From the NCBI GenBank assembly GCA_963842455.1, contig CAWJHE010000006.1, forward strand, positions 357,624 to 421,623: 64,000 nucleotides of DNA, in the 5' to 3' direction. Made by a program: the position numbers and the translations under genes. Below, piece by piece: positions 23,912 through 34,263 of this stretch (position 1 is the stretch's first letter; every line of letters starts with the position of its first letter). Under the pieces are notes generated by a model. The model saw only the letters and a list, made by a program, of their open reading frames with translations, was not told the DNA's origin and searched no databases. This stretch comes from an uncultured Chloroflexia bacterium. Lineage in GTDB: Bacteria > Chloroflexota > Anaerolineae > Anaerolineales > UBA4823.

Positions 23912-24782
23912 ATTCATCAATCTTAAATTCTCCTGGGCGGCTTTACGGGATTATGGCCTGATTGCCATCGGTTCATTATTGCAGGCAATATCCATCCGTC
24001 TGTTCCTGGTGCCTTCAGGCCTGGTAGGCGGTGGCGTCAGCGGTCTGTCGCAGCTGATCAACCACTACACGGGCTGGCCAATTGGCTTGATGATCCTGAT
24101 TGGCAATCTCCCCTTGTTCATCTTAGGTTGGCGTTACCTGGGTGGGCGGCGCTTTGCTTTGCGAACAGCGTTTGCTGTTGTCACTATTTCCGTTTTTACA
24201 GATGCTCTGGTTTATTTTTTGCCTGTCGATGGGCTGACGGATGATCTGGTGCTCAATGCACTGTATGGCGGCGTGGTCAGTGGGTTTGGTTTCGGCTTGG
24301 TCTATCGCGGGCAGGGGACGAGCGGGGGCAGTGATATTTTGGCGCGTATCCTCAGCCACTGGAAAGGCATTTCGATCTCTCAAAGCTACCTGGTTACCGA
24401 TTCATTGATCATGTTTGGGGCAGGCTTGACCTTTAGTTGGGAGAACGCACTCTATGCTCTGGTCATGCTGTACATCAGCGGCATTGCTGCAGAGGCCATT
24501 ACCCAGGGTTCGGATGTGGTGCGCACGGCTTTGATAATTACCAGCCGGCCTGAGGAAGTAGCAGGCAGGATCATGGGCAACCTGGAGCGTGGTGTGACGG
24601 TGATGAAGGCAAAAGGCGGTTATACTGGCGAGGACCGGACTGTGTTGTATTGTGTGGTCAGTCGTTCAGAGGTTTCCCAGGTTAAAGCCCTAGTCAAGGA
24701 AGCCGATATGCGCGCTTTTATGGTGATTGGGCATGCCGCCGAAGCTCTGGGCGAAGGTTTCCATGCCTTTGAATCTGAATAG
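23904..24782 (+). CDS. YitT-family (DUF2179) membrane protein
   Basis: Multi-TM N-terminal part with a C-terminal DUF2179-like region (VTVMKAKGGYTGEDRTVLYCVVSRSEVSQVKALV). Alternative TTG start at 23892. Confidence 0.75.
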   Translation: MNKFINLKFSWAALRDYGLIAIGSLLQAISIRLFLVPSGLVGGGVSGLSQLINHYTGWPIGLMILIGNLPLFILGWRYLGGRRFALRTAFAVVTISVFTDALVYFLPVDGLTDDLVLNALYGGVVSGFGFGLVYRGQGTSGGSDILARILSHWKGISISQSYLVTDSLIMFGAGLTFSWENALYALVMLYISGIAAEAITQGSDVVRTALIITSRPEEVAGRIMGNLERGVTVMKAKGGYTGEDRTVLYCVVSRSEVSQVKALVKEADMRAFMVIGHAAEALGEGFHAFESE

Positions 24783-24813
24783 AAGAATGATTCTTGTGTT
24801 GAAGAAGGTTTGA

Positions 24814-25391
24814 ATGTTGAAATTAAAATTATCTAGCGTTTTGCTCATTGTGGCTTTGTTGCTGAGCGCCTGTGCGCAGAAAAGCGAGGCTGAGGTCCAG
24901 AAGTGTATTGTGGGAACCTGGCAGCTTTCTGGGAACGAGGCTTTTGGCCGGGCTGTGCTGCCGCCGGGCTCGTTTGATCAGGATGGCATGTCTTTTGTCG
25001 ATGCCGGCGGTGTGGTTGGATACAGCTTTGACGAAAAAGGCAAAGTCTATGTGGATGTGGTTGCCTGGATGAGCCAGTTCCTGGTGGAAATGGATCAGCA
25101 AAAATTACCCGCTTGATTTGCAGATAATGGGTGAGGCCGTGGGCTCCTACAGCCTGGATGGGGATAGGATCCGGGTGACGGCGTTAGACCATTCGGACCT
25201 CGCTTTTGAGGCGTTTCTGGATGGCGATTCGATGATGAAGACCTTGGTCGCTAGATGAATTTGCCCCCTTGTTTGTAACCGCTTACCCGGTTGCACAATT
25301 CGAGTGCTCGGAAACAACCCTAAGCCTGACCATCTTGGAACAACCAGGTTTAACGGCCCCGATCGAATTTGAGAGAGTGAGCCAGGATTAA
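24814..25391 (+). pseudogene. lipocalin-like lipoprotein broken by two +1 frame breaks (~25115 and ~25255)
   Basis: Lipobox LLLSAC and IVGTWQL. Own translation of the following frames gives DLQIMGEAVGSYSLDGDRIRVTALDHSDLAFEAFLDGDSMMKTLVAR* and then EFAPLFVTAYPVAQFECSETTLSLTILEQPGLTAPIEFERVSQD*. Confidence 0.6.
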
Positions 25392-25511
25392 ATCAGACTT
25401 CGAATTTTGCAACTCTTTGGACATCTTTGCGTATATGAGATAGACAAACACCATAGCGCGCTCGGGACACCCGGTAACGAATGGATCCGGTTGCCCATCC
25501 GGAGAAAAACT

Positions 25512-26117
25512 GTGCACGACGAAGAAGCAACCTGGATTGACCAGGCACTAAAAGGGAATTCACAGGCATTTGGTTCATTGGTGGAGTTATACCAACGTCC
25601 CGTGTATAACTTGTGTTACCGCATGTTGAGCAATGCAGAGGACGCTGAGGACGCAGCTCAGGAGACTTTCTTTCGAGCCTATAAAGCCTTGAAACGCTAC
25701 GATCGTTCGCGTGCCTTTTCTACCTGGCTGTTATCCATTGCTGCGCATTATTGCATTGATCAAATCCGCCGGCGCCGCTTCCAGGTGGTGTCTGTGGAAG
25801 ATTTACCGTACCAGGATATTCCAGATTCGGAGCCGGGGGTTGAGTCCAGTTTTTCGCGTAAAGAGGAACAAAAACGAATTCGTGCGGTCTTAGAAGTTCT
25901 TGATCCCACGGACCGGGCGGCGGTGGTGATGTATTACTGGTACGATTTTTCTTACGAAGAGATAGCCGGCGCCCTGTCGTTAACCCTCAGTGCGGTAAAG
26001 AGCCGTCTGCATCGAGCCCGGCGCGCCATGGCAATGCATTGGACAAAAAACCAGGCACAGGTTGCTGAAGGGGCCGTGTCAAAAGAACACTTACTTGTGG
26101 AAAGGACCACGCCATGA
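25512..26117 (+). CDS. ECF-type RNA polymerase sigma-70 family factor
   Basis: GTG 25512 follows ggaga. Region 2 (LVELYQRPVYNLCYRML..AEDAAQETFFRAY) and region 4 (YEEIAGALSLTLSAVKSRLHRAR). Confidence 0.85.
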   Translation: MHDEEATWIDQALKGNSQAFGSLVELYQRPVYNLCYRMLSNAEDAEDAAQETFFRAYKALKRYDRSRAFSTWLLSIAAHYCIDQIRRRRFQVVSVEDLPYQDIPDSEPGVESSFSRKEEQKRIRAVLEVLDPTDRAAVVMYYWYDFSYEEIAGALSLTLSAVKSRLHRARRAMAMHWTKNQAQVAEGAVSKEHLLVERTTP

Positions 26118-26677
26118 ATCACAAACTATTAGAGGAGTGGTTATTCACCTATTTGGAGAGCGATGATTTGGAAGCTGAGCAATCCGCTCAGCTGCAAGAT
26201 CATTTACGAGAATGCCAAACCTGTCAGAACCTGGCCAGGTCCTGGCGCGAAGTAGACCGGCACTTGTTAGGCGCAAAGCTTGTTGCTCCTCGGGCAGGTT
26301 TTACAGATCGCTGGCAGGAACGTTTTGAAAAAGACCGTCAGTTGATGCAGAAAAGGCAGTCCCTGGCGGCTTTAGTCTTTGCCCTGGGAGGCGCAGCGGT
26401 TTTATTTGGATCCCTGATCCTATTGCTTTGGCCTTGGATGGGTATGCCAGAGGTGTTTGTGTGGAGCTGGATCTACCGGCTTTCAACTTTTGTGGTCTAT
26501 GTGGAACCGGCAAATAACTTGATATCTATATTGCTTCAGACGTTTTCAGGGAGAATATCTCCATTTTGGTGGGTTTTGTTTGCAGGGTTGTTGAGTGAGC
26601 TGGCAGTTTTATGGTTAGTTTCATACCGTTGGCTGACCAACCCCAGGAGGGTGATCGTTGATGAAACTACAAACTAA
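26114..26677 (+). CDS. anti-sigma factor (zf-HC2) with TM segments
   Basis: HLRECQTCQNLARSW motif. ATGA overlap with the sigma gene. Hydrophobic helices downstream. Confidence 0.7.
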   Translation: MNHKLLEEWLFTYLESDDLEAEQSAQLQDHLRECQTCQNLARSWREVDRHLLGAKLVAPRAGFTDRWQERFEKDRQLMQKRQSLAALVFALGGAAVLFGSLILLLWPWMGMPEVFVWSWIYRLSTFVVYVEPANNLISILLQTFSGRISPFWWVLFAGLLSELAVLWLVSYRWLTNPRRVIVDETTN

Positions 26678-27872
26678 TCGGAGTAAGTTATTTGTTGTTG
26701 TCATGCTGTTATGCCTGGCAGGGTTCGCTGCTGTACAGGCTGCAACTCCGAGTGTTGCATACGTTAACACATCCACGCAACCGGTCAGACATCCGTTGGC
26801 TGCAGGGATTCTTTCCGTGGGAAAGCCTGCTGTTTCCTTCATCCAAGATAGGGGTCTGCAAAGCTGGCCATTGCAGAGCCAGGATGGTGACAAATTGGTT
26901 TTGGGTGGAAACTTCACGCTTCAATCTGGCGAGACACTGGATGGCAGCCTGATTGTTTTAGGCGGCAATGCACAAATCCTGGAGGGGGCTACGGTTAACG
27001 GCGATATTGTGGTGTTGGGCGGTTCCCTCTCGATGAATGGGGTGATGGATGGGGATGTTTTTATCCTGGCAGGTCTGGGAGAGCTCGGGCAGAATGCTGT
27101 GGTGCGCGGAGATGTTACCACTGTGTCCGGGAATTTACGCCGCGAACCTGGTGCTCAAATCGAGGGTGATATCAGTGAGAATGTGACTGCTCCTATTCCT
27201 TTGCCGTTGCCTGGTAATATCGAGACGCCTTCGGTTTCACCGCCGGTGGTTGTAAACAATGGTCTCTCTATATGGGATGGCTTGTTCTTCCTGTTTCGTT
27301 CCTTTATGTGGGCGGCTCTGGCGATCCTGGTTGTGCTCTTCTTACCCAAGAACACCCAACGAATCGCGGATACCGTTGTTGCGAACACATTAGTTTCTGG
27401 CGCTCTGGGGTTATTAACTGCCATGGTGGCTCCGATTATCCTGGTCGTTATAGCGATAACCATCATCGGCATTCCGGTTAGTTTTCTGGCTGCGTTGGGT
27501 TTGGGAGCTGCCTGGGCTTTGGGCATGGTGGTTGTGGGTGTTGAAACCGGTAATCGCCTGGGCCGTTTTGCCAACCAGGAGTGGGCTTTGCCGGTAAGCG
27601 CTGGCATTGGAACATTTCTCATGACGATCGTGGTGAATGGAATTGGAGAAGTTATTCCCTGTATTGGTTGGCTTGCGCCACTTCTGGTGGGTTCCATTGG
27701 GTTAGGAGCTGTCTTGTTGACTGTGTTTGGCACACGGGGATATCCACCCGCATATGCTGGTAGGGTTCCCCTAGAAGCTACGACCAATAACCGGTGCAGA
27801 ACAGAACCTGCCGCCATTGATCAGGCAAGCTCCTCCTCCGGACGTGCCAGAACAGGTGACGCCACCCGATGA
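26661..27872 (+). CDS. membrane protein with a bactofilin/beta-helix-like repeat ectodomain and a polytopic C-terminus
   Basis: Signal peptide, then repetitive G-D-[IV]-x-V-x-G segments (GDIVVLGGSLSMNGVMDGDVFILAG..VRGDVTTVSGN), then 5 or more TM helices. Confidence 0.55.
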   Translation: MKLQTNRSKLFVVVMLLCLAGFAAVQAATPSVAYVNTSTQPVRHPLAAGILSVGKPAVSFIQDRGLQSWPLQSQDGDKLVLGGNFTLQSGETLDGSLIVLGGNAQILEGATVNGDIVVLGGSLSMNGVMDGDVFILAGLGELGQNAVVRGDVTTVSGNLRREPGAQIEGDISENVTAPIPLPLPGNIETPSVSPPVVVNNGLSIWDGLFFLFRSFMWAALAILVVLFLPKNTQRIADTVVANTLVSGALGLLTAMVAPIILVVIAITIIGIPVSFLAALGLGAAWALGMVVVGVETGNRLGRFANQEWALPVSAGIGTFLMTIVVNGIGEVIPCIGWLAPLLVGSIGLGAVLLTVFGTRGYPPAYAGRVPLEATTNNRCRTEPAAIDQASSSSGRARTGDATR

Positions 27873-27977
27873 GGAGAATTTCTCCGGGTAGAAAAATCTG
27901 ACGTTGTGTTTTTTATGGCTGTTCGGTTAAAACTCTAGTTAGTAAAGAGAAATCAGGAAAAACAGTTCAGAATAATG

Positions 27978-28892
27978 CTAATAACCAAAGCGTTTTAGGA
28001 CGCTATCATCATCCCGCCAGTTTTTGCGAAGCTTGACCTGTATTCTTAAGAAGACCTTACGCCCACTCATGGCTTCGATCTCCTGGCGGGCGACTGTGCC
28101 AATTTTCTTTAGCATGCTGCCGCTTTGCCCGATAACGATCGGTTTGTGGGATTCGCGTTCGACAAATAGTGTCGCCTCAATGTAAGCGCCGTGGTCCTCG
28201 CGCTCGGTGTATTGATCGATGCGAATGGCGATTCCATGCGGCACTTCGTCGCGCAGCAGGTTAAGGGCGGCTTCACGGATCATATCGGCTGCCAGGTCGC
28301 GCTCGTAAAGATCGGTGAGTTGCTCTTCGGGGAAGAAAGGCTCGCCTTCTGGGAGATGCTGGACGATGATTTGTACCAGATCGTCAAGATGGTCGCCCTG
28401 GCTGGCAGAAATGGCTACAGGCGTGGCTAACGGCAGATATTCCAGGAATGCTTCTCTATGCTCCTGCAGCCTCTCTGGTGAGATCAGGTCAATTTTATTT
28501 AAGGCTAGAATGACCGGTGCAGACCGTTTCAAGCTTTTAATAAGATCGATAAGCAGCTGATCTTCGGGTTGCGGTGGTTGGTTGGCCTCGACCACCAGTA
28601 AAATCATATCGCTCTCTTCAAGGGTTTGGGCAGCTTCTTTGTTCATTAACTCGCCCAGCTTGTGATGCGGTTTGTGAACGCCAGGCGTGTCCACGAAAAC
28701 AGCCTGGATGCTGGTGTCATCCTGGTTGAAGGTCAGGATTCCCATCTGGCGTTTGCGTGTTGTTTGCGGGCGAGGCGAAACAGCAGCAACTTTTTGTTTG
28801 AGGATGGCGTTGATTAAAGTAGACTTGCCCACGTTCGGGCGTCCCATAACAGCAATGAAACCGGTTTTAAATTGAATGTCATTCTTTTGCAT
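27978..28892 (-). CDS. era: GTPase Era
   Basis: GRPNVGKST (G1), DTPG, NKID, and a C-terminal KH domain. Confidence 0.9.
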   Translation of the reverse strand: MQKNDIQFKTGFIAVMGRPNVGKSTLINAILKQKVAAVSPRPQTTRKRQMGILTFNQDDTSIQAVFVDTPGVHKPHHKLGELMNKEAAQTLEESDMILLVVEANQPPQPEDQLLIDLIKSLKRSAPVILALNKIDLISPERLQEHREAFLEYLPLATPVAISASQGDHLDDLVQIIVQHLPEGEPFFPEEQLTDLYERDLAADMIREAALNLLRDEVPHGIAIRIDQYTEREDHGAYIEATLFVERESHKPIVIGQSGSMLKKIGTVARQEIEAMSGRKVFLRIQVKLRKNWRDDDSVLKRFGY

Positions 28893-28951
28893 AACCCCAT
28901 TCTATCAAAGAATAGATCAGAAAATGTTAATAAAAAAAGGCAGTTTCCTTC

Positions 28952-28980
28952 TTGACCTTCAGCTTGAGAATCGGTATAAT
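28952..28980 (+). promoter_or_regulatory. Sigma-70-type promoter upstream of rpoB (TTGACC-17-TATAAT)
   Basis: ttgacc at 28952-28957, a 17-nt spacer, and tataat at 28975-28980. About 190 nt upstream of the rpoB ATG. Confidence 0.6.
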
Positions 28981-29178
28981 ACTTATTCGTTAAATATATG
29001 AGCTGCTTGAGTCTGCAATCTATTCTATTGAGTAGTGAAATATAAAAAGACATAGCGCAGATACGATCAAACAAAATTTCCCGGGAAGTATCTTGGAAAT
29101 TGGTTTATCGCGTGTTGCGCTTTGCGCATCTGAATAAGTCTTTGTTGATAAGTTTAGTACTAGACCAGGAGAAAACGC

Positions 29179-32100
29179 ATGGCAACTGTATTGCCGAGCA
29201 AATCGTACGCGAGAATTGACGTCAAGCTCCCTTTGCCCGATTTGATTGAGGTTCAGTTGGAGTCATTCGAGCGCCTTAAGAAAGAAGGCCTGGCGGATTT
29301 ATTTCATGAATTGTCGCCAATCGAATCTTACAACAAGGGGATGAAGCTTTATTTTCCCAGCCGCACACCGGAATCCAAGCAGTGGGGTCTAACCTATTGG
29401 TTTGGAGAGCCGAAGCATAATATGGAAGAATGTGTTGAGCGTGACCTTACTTACGCCAGCCCTCTTTATGTTTCGGTCTTATTAGCCGGTCAGGATGTGC
29501 CTGAGCCTATAAAGCAGGATATCTTTTTAGGCGATTTCCCAGAGATGACGGAAAAGGGTACTTTTATTATCAATGGCACCGAACGAGTGGTTGTCTCGCA
29601 GTTAATCCGCTCGCCAGGTGTTTATTTTGAAGCGCCAATGGATCGTTCTACAGGACGGCCTTTGGCTATGGCAAAGTTGATCCCAGATCGCGGCGCCTGG
29701 ATGGAGTTTGAAACCCGGAAGAGCGATTATCTGACTCTGCGCTTCAATCGAAAGCGGACAGTCCCCGTGACAATTTTCTTGCGGGCTTTGGCTGCGGTCA
29801 GCGATGGTCTGGATGTATCCCCACTCAATCAAGGCACTGATGAAGAATTGTTGGAGCTGTTTGCCGATGTGGATACCAATCCGGATCGCATGTTCATTGC
29901 TTCCACACTCTTCCAGGAGCCGGAATGGGATCTTTCTCATGGTCTCACGATTGCTCAAGCTGCGCTATTGGAATTCTTCAAGCGCATGCGCCCCGGCGAC
30001 CCTGCTACTTTAGAGAATGCGCGTGATTTCCTGGAAGAACAACTTTTCGACCAGCGCCATTATGATTTGGAGCGTGTGGGTCGCTACAAGCTGAATCAGA
30101 AATTGGATTTGTACGAAAATGTGCCGATCACGCACCGTACTGTCACCAAGTATGATGTGCTCAGTCTGTTACGCCGCATGGTAAGCATCAACAATGGCGT
30201 TCAGTCGCCGGATGATATTGATCACCTGGGGAACCGGCGGGCGAAGACTGTTGGTGAGTTGATCCAGAATAAATTACGCATCGGTTTGCGTAGAATGGAG
30301 CGCGTGATCAAAGAACGCATGTCCATCCGCGACCAGGATCAAATTTCCCCGATTACGCTTATCAATATTCGACCGGTTGTGGCTGCTTTACGCGAGTTCT
30401 TTGGCTCTAGCCAGTTATCCCAGTTTATGGACCAGACCAACCCCTTGGCTGAGTTGCGCCACAAGCGCACCCTCTCTGCTCTAGGCCCCGGCGGTTTGCG
30501 ACGGGAGCGAGCCGGCTTCGATGTCCGTGACGTGCATCATAGCCACTATGGCAGAATTTGCCCGATTGAAACCCCAGAAGGTCCGAACATTGGTTTGATT
30601 GGTCGTTTGGCTTCGTTCGCACGTGTCAATGAATATGGTTTTATTGAAACTCCATATCGCCGGGTGCGCAAAGCATTAAAACCAACTGATACGAGGCTGG
30701 TCGGCCGGGCTCTGCGTGAAATATTAACCCATCCTGATACTGGAGAAGTGATTGGAAGCGAAGGTGATCGCATCACCCGGGAGATGTTCGAAAAAATCTC
30801 TTCACTAGCGAACAATGAAATTCTGGTGACGCCTTTTGTGACTACCGAAATGGAGTATTTATCGGCGGACGTAGAAGACCGGTTTGTTATCGCCCAGGCG
30901 AACACCCCCCTGGATGAGCATAATGAGTTTGTGCGCAATCGCGTTTCATCTCGTTATTATTCATCTTTCATTTTTTCACCGCAAACCAGTATTGATTATA
31001 TGGATATTGCCCCACACCAGATTGTGGGTATCTCGGCTGCATTAATTCCCTTCCTTGAGCATGATGATGCCAACCGGGCGTTGATGGGTTCGAATATGCA
31101 GGCCCAGGCTGTCCCGCTCTTGATACCTGATGTGCCACAAGTTTCTACCGGTATGGAATATAGCGCCGCAATGGACTCCGGTCAGGTGGTGATCGCTGAA
31201 GAAGATGGCGAAGTCATCTCGGTTACCGGGCGCACTGTGATTGTACGTACAGCTGAAGCTAAGAACCATGTGTACACCCTGCGCAAATATCAGCGTTCTA
31301 ACCAGAGCACCTGCATCGACCAACGCCCAGCGGTTGTCAAAGGCCAGGTAGTTAAACGGGGAGATGTCATTGCCGATTCTTCATCCACCGAAAGTGGTGA
31401 ATTGGCATTGGGACAGAATGTGGTTGTAGCCTTCCTTTCCTGGGAAGGCGGCAACTTTGAAGATGCTATTTTGATTTCCGAACGCCTGGTTCAAAAGGAT
31501 CAGTTCACTTCGGTACATATAGAAAAATATGAGGTTGAGTCGCGTGACACTCGCTTGGGGCCAGAAGAAATTACGCGTGATATCCCCAATGTGGGTGATG
31601 ACGCTATCAAGGACCTGGATGATCACGGCATTATCCGTATCGGGGCTGAAGTTGGCCCCAATGATATCCTGGTAGGGAAAATTTCTCCGAAAGGCGAGAA
31701 AGAGCTTACTCCTGAGGAGCGCTTGTTGCGTGCTATCTTTGGCGAAAAATCGCGTGATGTGAAGGATACCTCCTTACGCATGCCACATGGCGAGCGCGGA
31801 AAAGTAGTAGATGTCAAAGTGTTTACACGCGAAGACCATGCAGATCTGTCTGCAGGCGTAGATATGATGGTGCGTGTTTCCGTGGCTCAAAAGCGTAAGA
31901 TCACGGCTGGCGACAAAATGGCTGGCCGGCATGGTAACAAAGGTGTTGTCTCGAAGGTCGTTCCTGTCGAAGATATGCCATTCCTGGACAACGGAACACC
32001 CGTCGATATCATTCTCAATCCCTTGGGTGTGCCGGGTCGTATGAATATTGGCCAGGTATTGGAAACTCATCTTGGCTGGGCATCCAGCCGGTTAGGTTTT

Positions 32101-33087
32101 CGAGCTATTACCCCGGTATTTGATGGCGCACGGGAAGATGAAATCGAAGCGGAATTGGCACGCTCCTGGCTGATTGATCATGCCTGGGCGGAGACAGGAT
32201 TGAATGCCTGGAACTGGTTGAAAGAAGAGCCTTACGATCCTGAGATGATCGAAGATGACGACGAAGTTCGCCGGCTTTACATGGAAGCCTGGTTGGGAGA
32301 ACGGAATTACGATATCTACGACCTGGTTAGCAATCCAACCTATGCTCGCCATGCTGCTTTACGCGAATGGTTACGCGACAAAGGTTATAACCCTGAAGCG
32401 ATCCTGGATTTTGACGGGAAAAAGTTTGAGAAAAGATCTCGCCTGGAGAATAACCTGGAAGCTATCAGTGCCTGTTTACGCATTTGGATCGAAAGTCTGG
32501 ATGAGGATGTCGAGAATGTACCGGATGATGCACTAAAAGACCTGGCTACTGAGGTGTCTGTCAAGTACGGTGAGCCTGTGCCCATTCTTGGAAAACTGGT
32601 TCTGCGTGATGGTAAAACGGGTATTCCATACGATCAGCCGGTAACCGTTGGTGTCATGACCATGCTGAAGCTGCACCATCTGGTCGAAGATAAAGTGCAC
32701 GCTCGTTCCACAGGACCGTACAGCCTGGTTTCTCAGCAGCCCTTGGGTGGTAAAGCTCAGTTCGGCGGACAGCGCTTTGGTGAGATGGAAGTTTGGGCGC
32801 TAGAAGCTTATGGCGCTGCATACACCTTACAGGAAATGTTGACCGTGAAGTCGGATGATGTTCAAGGCCGTGTAAAGACTTACGAAGCGATTGTCAAGGG
32901 CGAGCCAATTGAAGAGCCAAGCATTCCTGCTGCTTTCCGGGTTCTCGTCAAGGAATTGCAGAGTTTAGGTTTGGCGGTTGAGGCAATGACGGAAGACGGT
33001 GAGCTGATTCGTTTTGGCAAGGATGAGGAACGTGCTCGACCACCAAGGATGGGAACCGGCTTGCTGGAATTGGGTGACGAACTTTAA
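29179..33087 (+). CDS. rpoB: DNA-directed RNA polymerase subunit beta
   Basis: 1302-aa ORF with conserved beta-subunit blocks ([43 protein letters not shown]-like [44 protein letters not shown]). Confidence 0.95.
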   Translation: MATVLPSKSYARIDVKLPLPDLIEVQLESFERLKKEGLADLFHELSPIESYNKGMKLYFPSRTPESKQWGLTYWFGEPKHNMEECVERDLTYASPLYVSVLLAGQDVPEPIKQDIFLGDFPEMTEKGTFIINGTERVVVSQLIRSPGVYFEAPMDRSTGRPLAMAKLIPDRGAWMEFETRKSDYLTLRFNRKRTVPVTIFLRALAAVSDGLDVSPLNQGTDEELLELFADVDTNPDRMFIASTLFQEPEWDLSHGLTIAQAALLEFFKRMRPGDPATLENARDFLEEQLFDQRHYDLERVGRYKLNQKLDLYENVPITHRTVTKYDVLSLLRRMVSINNGVQSPDDIDHLGNRRAKTVGELIQNKLRIGLRRMERVIKERMSIRDQDQISPITLINIRPVVAALREFFGSSQLSQFMDQTNPLAELRHKRTLSALGPGGLRRERAGFDVRDVHHSHYGRICPIETPEGPNIGLIGRLASFARVNEYGFIETPYRRVRKALKPTDTRLVGRALREILTHPDTGEVIGSEGDRITREMFEKISSLANNEILVTPFVTTEMEYLSADVEDRFVIAQANTPLDEHNEFVRNRVSSRYYSSFIFSPQTSIDYMDIAPHQIVGISAALIPFLEHDDANRALMGSNMQAQAVPLLIPDVPQVSTGMEYSAAMDSGQVVIAEEDGEVISVTGRTVIVRTAEAKNHVYTLRKYQRSNQSTCIDQRPAVVKGQVVKRGDVIADSSSTESGELALGQNVVVAFLSWEGGNFEDAILISERLVQKDQFTSVHIEKYEVESRDTRLGPEEITRDIPNVGDDAIKDLDDHGIIRIGAEVGPNDILVGKISPKGEKELTPEERLLRAIFGEKSRDVKDTSLRMPHGERGKVVDVKVFTREDHADLSAGVDMMVRVSVAQKRKITAGDKMAGRHGNKGVVSKVVPVEDMPFLDNGTPVDIILNPLGVPGRMNIGQVLETHLGWASSRLGFRAITPVFDGAREDEIEAELARSWLIDHAWAETGLNAWNWLKEEPYDPEMIEDDDEVRRLYMEAWLGERNYDIYDLVSNPTYARHAALREWLRDKGYNPEAILDFDGKKFEKRSRLENNLEAISACLRIWIESLDEDVENVPDDALKDLATEVSVKYGEPVPILGKLVLRDGKTGIPYDQPVTVGVMTMLKLHHLVEDKVHARSTGPYSLVSQQPLGGKAQFGGQRFGEMEVWALEAYGAAYTLQEMLTVKSDDVQGRVKTYEAIVKGEPIEEPSIPAAFRVLVKELQSLGLAVEAMTEDGELIRFGKDEERARPPRMGTGLLELGDEL

Positions 33088-33117
33088 GAATTTCCGAATT
33101 TTTACTCGAACTACGCC

Positions 33118-33146
33118 TTGACGACGGTTTGGGCGCATGGTAAAAT
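33118..33146 (+). promoter_or_regulatory. Sigma-70-type promoter of the str operon (TTGACG-17-TGgTAAAAT)
   Basis: ttgacg at 33118-33123, a 17-nt spacer ending in tgg, and taaaat at 33141-33146. A 9-bp stem-loop (33219-33246) lies in the leader. Confidence 0.55.
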
Positions 33147-33304
33147 CGCAGTTCGTTGCCTAAAGTACATAATGGACGGCAGGACCCCCGTCTGGCAATC
33201 TAGCGAACATTAAGTGGTGAGGCCATCAAGCACGAGCGATGGCCTCGCTTAATGGAAGAAAAAAATACGTTTTAGTGAGAAATTATTTAGTTCTGGAGGC
33301 AAAG

Positions 33305-33727
33305 GTGCCAACCATCAATCAGTTAGTCCGTAAAGGACGAAAATCGAAAAAGGTAAAGAGTAAGGCCCCGGCCCTGCTATACACATTGAATTCAATGAAG
33401 CAGCGACGTGTGCGCCAGGATAAGGGTGCGCCACAGAAACGTGGTGTATGCACCAACGTGCGTACAATGACCCCGAAGAAACCCAACTCTGCGCTTCGTA
33501 AGATCGCTCGTGTGCGCTTATCGAATGGTATAGAAGTAACTGCTTATATCCCAGGCGAAGGTCACACCTTGCAGGAGCACTCTGTTGTATTGGTACGCGG
33601 TGGTCGTGTGAAGGACCTTCCCGGTGTACGCTACCACATCGTGCGCGGTACATTGGACACGGGTGGGGTCAATGCGCGCAAACAAGCCCGTTCAAAATAC
33701 GGGACTAAGCGCCAGAAAGCGAAATAG
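33305..33727 (+). CDS. rpsL: 30S ribosomal protein S12
   Basis: GTG 33305 follows ggagg. [20 protein letters not shown].. Confidence 0.9.
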   Translation: MPTINQLVRKGRKSKKVKSKAPALLYTLNSMKQRRVRQDKGAPQKRGVCTNVRTMTPKKPNSALRKIARVRLSNGIEVTAYIPGEGHTLQEHSVVLVRGGRVKDLPGVRYHIVRGTLDTGGVNARKQARSKYGTKRQKAK

Positions 33728-33736
33728 GAGCGGCAA

Positions 33737-34207
33737 ATGTCACGTCGAAATAAACCGGAAAAACGTGAAATTCTGCCCGATGTACGCTACAGCAGCGTGC
33801 AGGTGCAGACATTCATTAACCATGTCATGAAGAATGGCAAGAAAAGCACCGCTACCAGCCTGGTGTATGACGCTTTGGCTTTGGTGGAGGAGCGCACTAA
33901 GCGCTCGGGTCTTGAGGTGTTTGAGCAGGCTTTCAAAAATGTTGCGCCTGTCATGGAAGTTAAGCCTCGCCGTGTCGGTGGCGCCACATACCAGGTTCCG
34001 ATGGAAGTTCCTCCTTACCGCCGGTTTGCCCTGGCCACTCGTTGGCTGCTTTCTGCAGCTCGTTCCCGCACAGGAAAGAGCTTCTCGGAAAGCCTGGCAG
34101 CTGAGCTGATGGACGCAGCTAACAACACGGGGTCTGCTATTCGCAAGCGTGAAGAAACGCATAAGATGGCAGAAGCTAACCGCGCTTTCTCTCATTATCG
34201 GATGTAA
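33737..34207 (+). CDS. rpsG: 30S ribosomal protein S7
   Basis: 156-aa ORF with a typical S7 sequence. Confidence 0.95.
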   Translation: MSRRNKPEKREILPDVRYSSVQVQTFINHVMKNGKKSTATSLVYDALALVEERTKRSGLEVFEQAFKNVAPVMEVKPRRVGGATYQVPMEVPPYRRFALATRWLLSAARSRTGKSFSESLAAELMDAANNTGSAIRKREETHKMAEANRAFSHYRM

Positions 34208-34263
34208 TTGAGTTAAGGTATTTATTTGGTATCTATTCTATTGAAGTATTGGTTTGAAGGTTA

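Noticed and set aside
33239-33304. N-terminal extensions of rpsL and, similarly, of rpsS, rplE, secY, rpmD, rpsK and the sigma factor in the ORF track.
   Set aside because: Conserved protein N-termini and SD-like sequences indicate the internal starts listed in the features.
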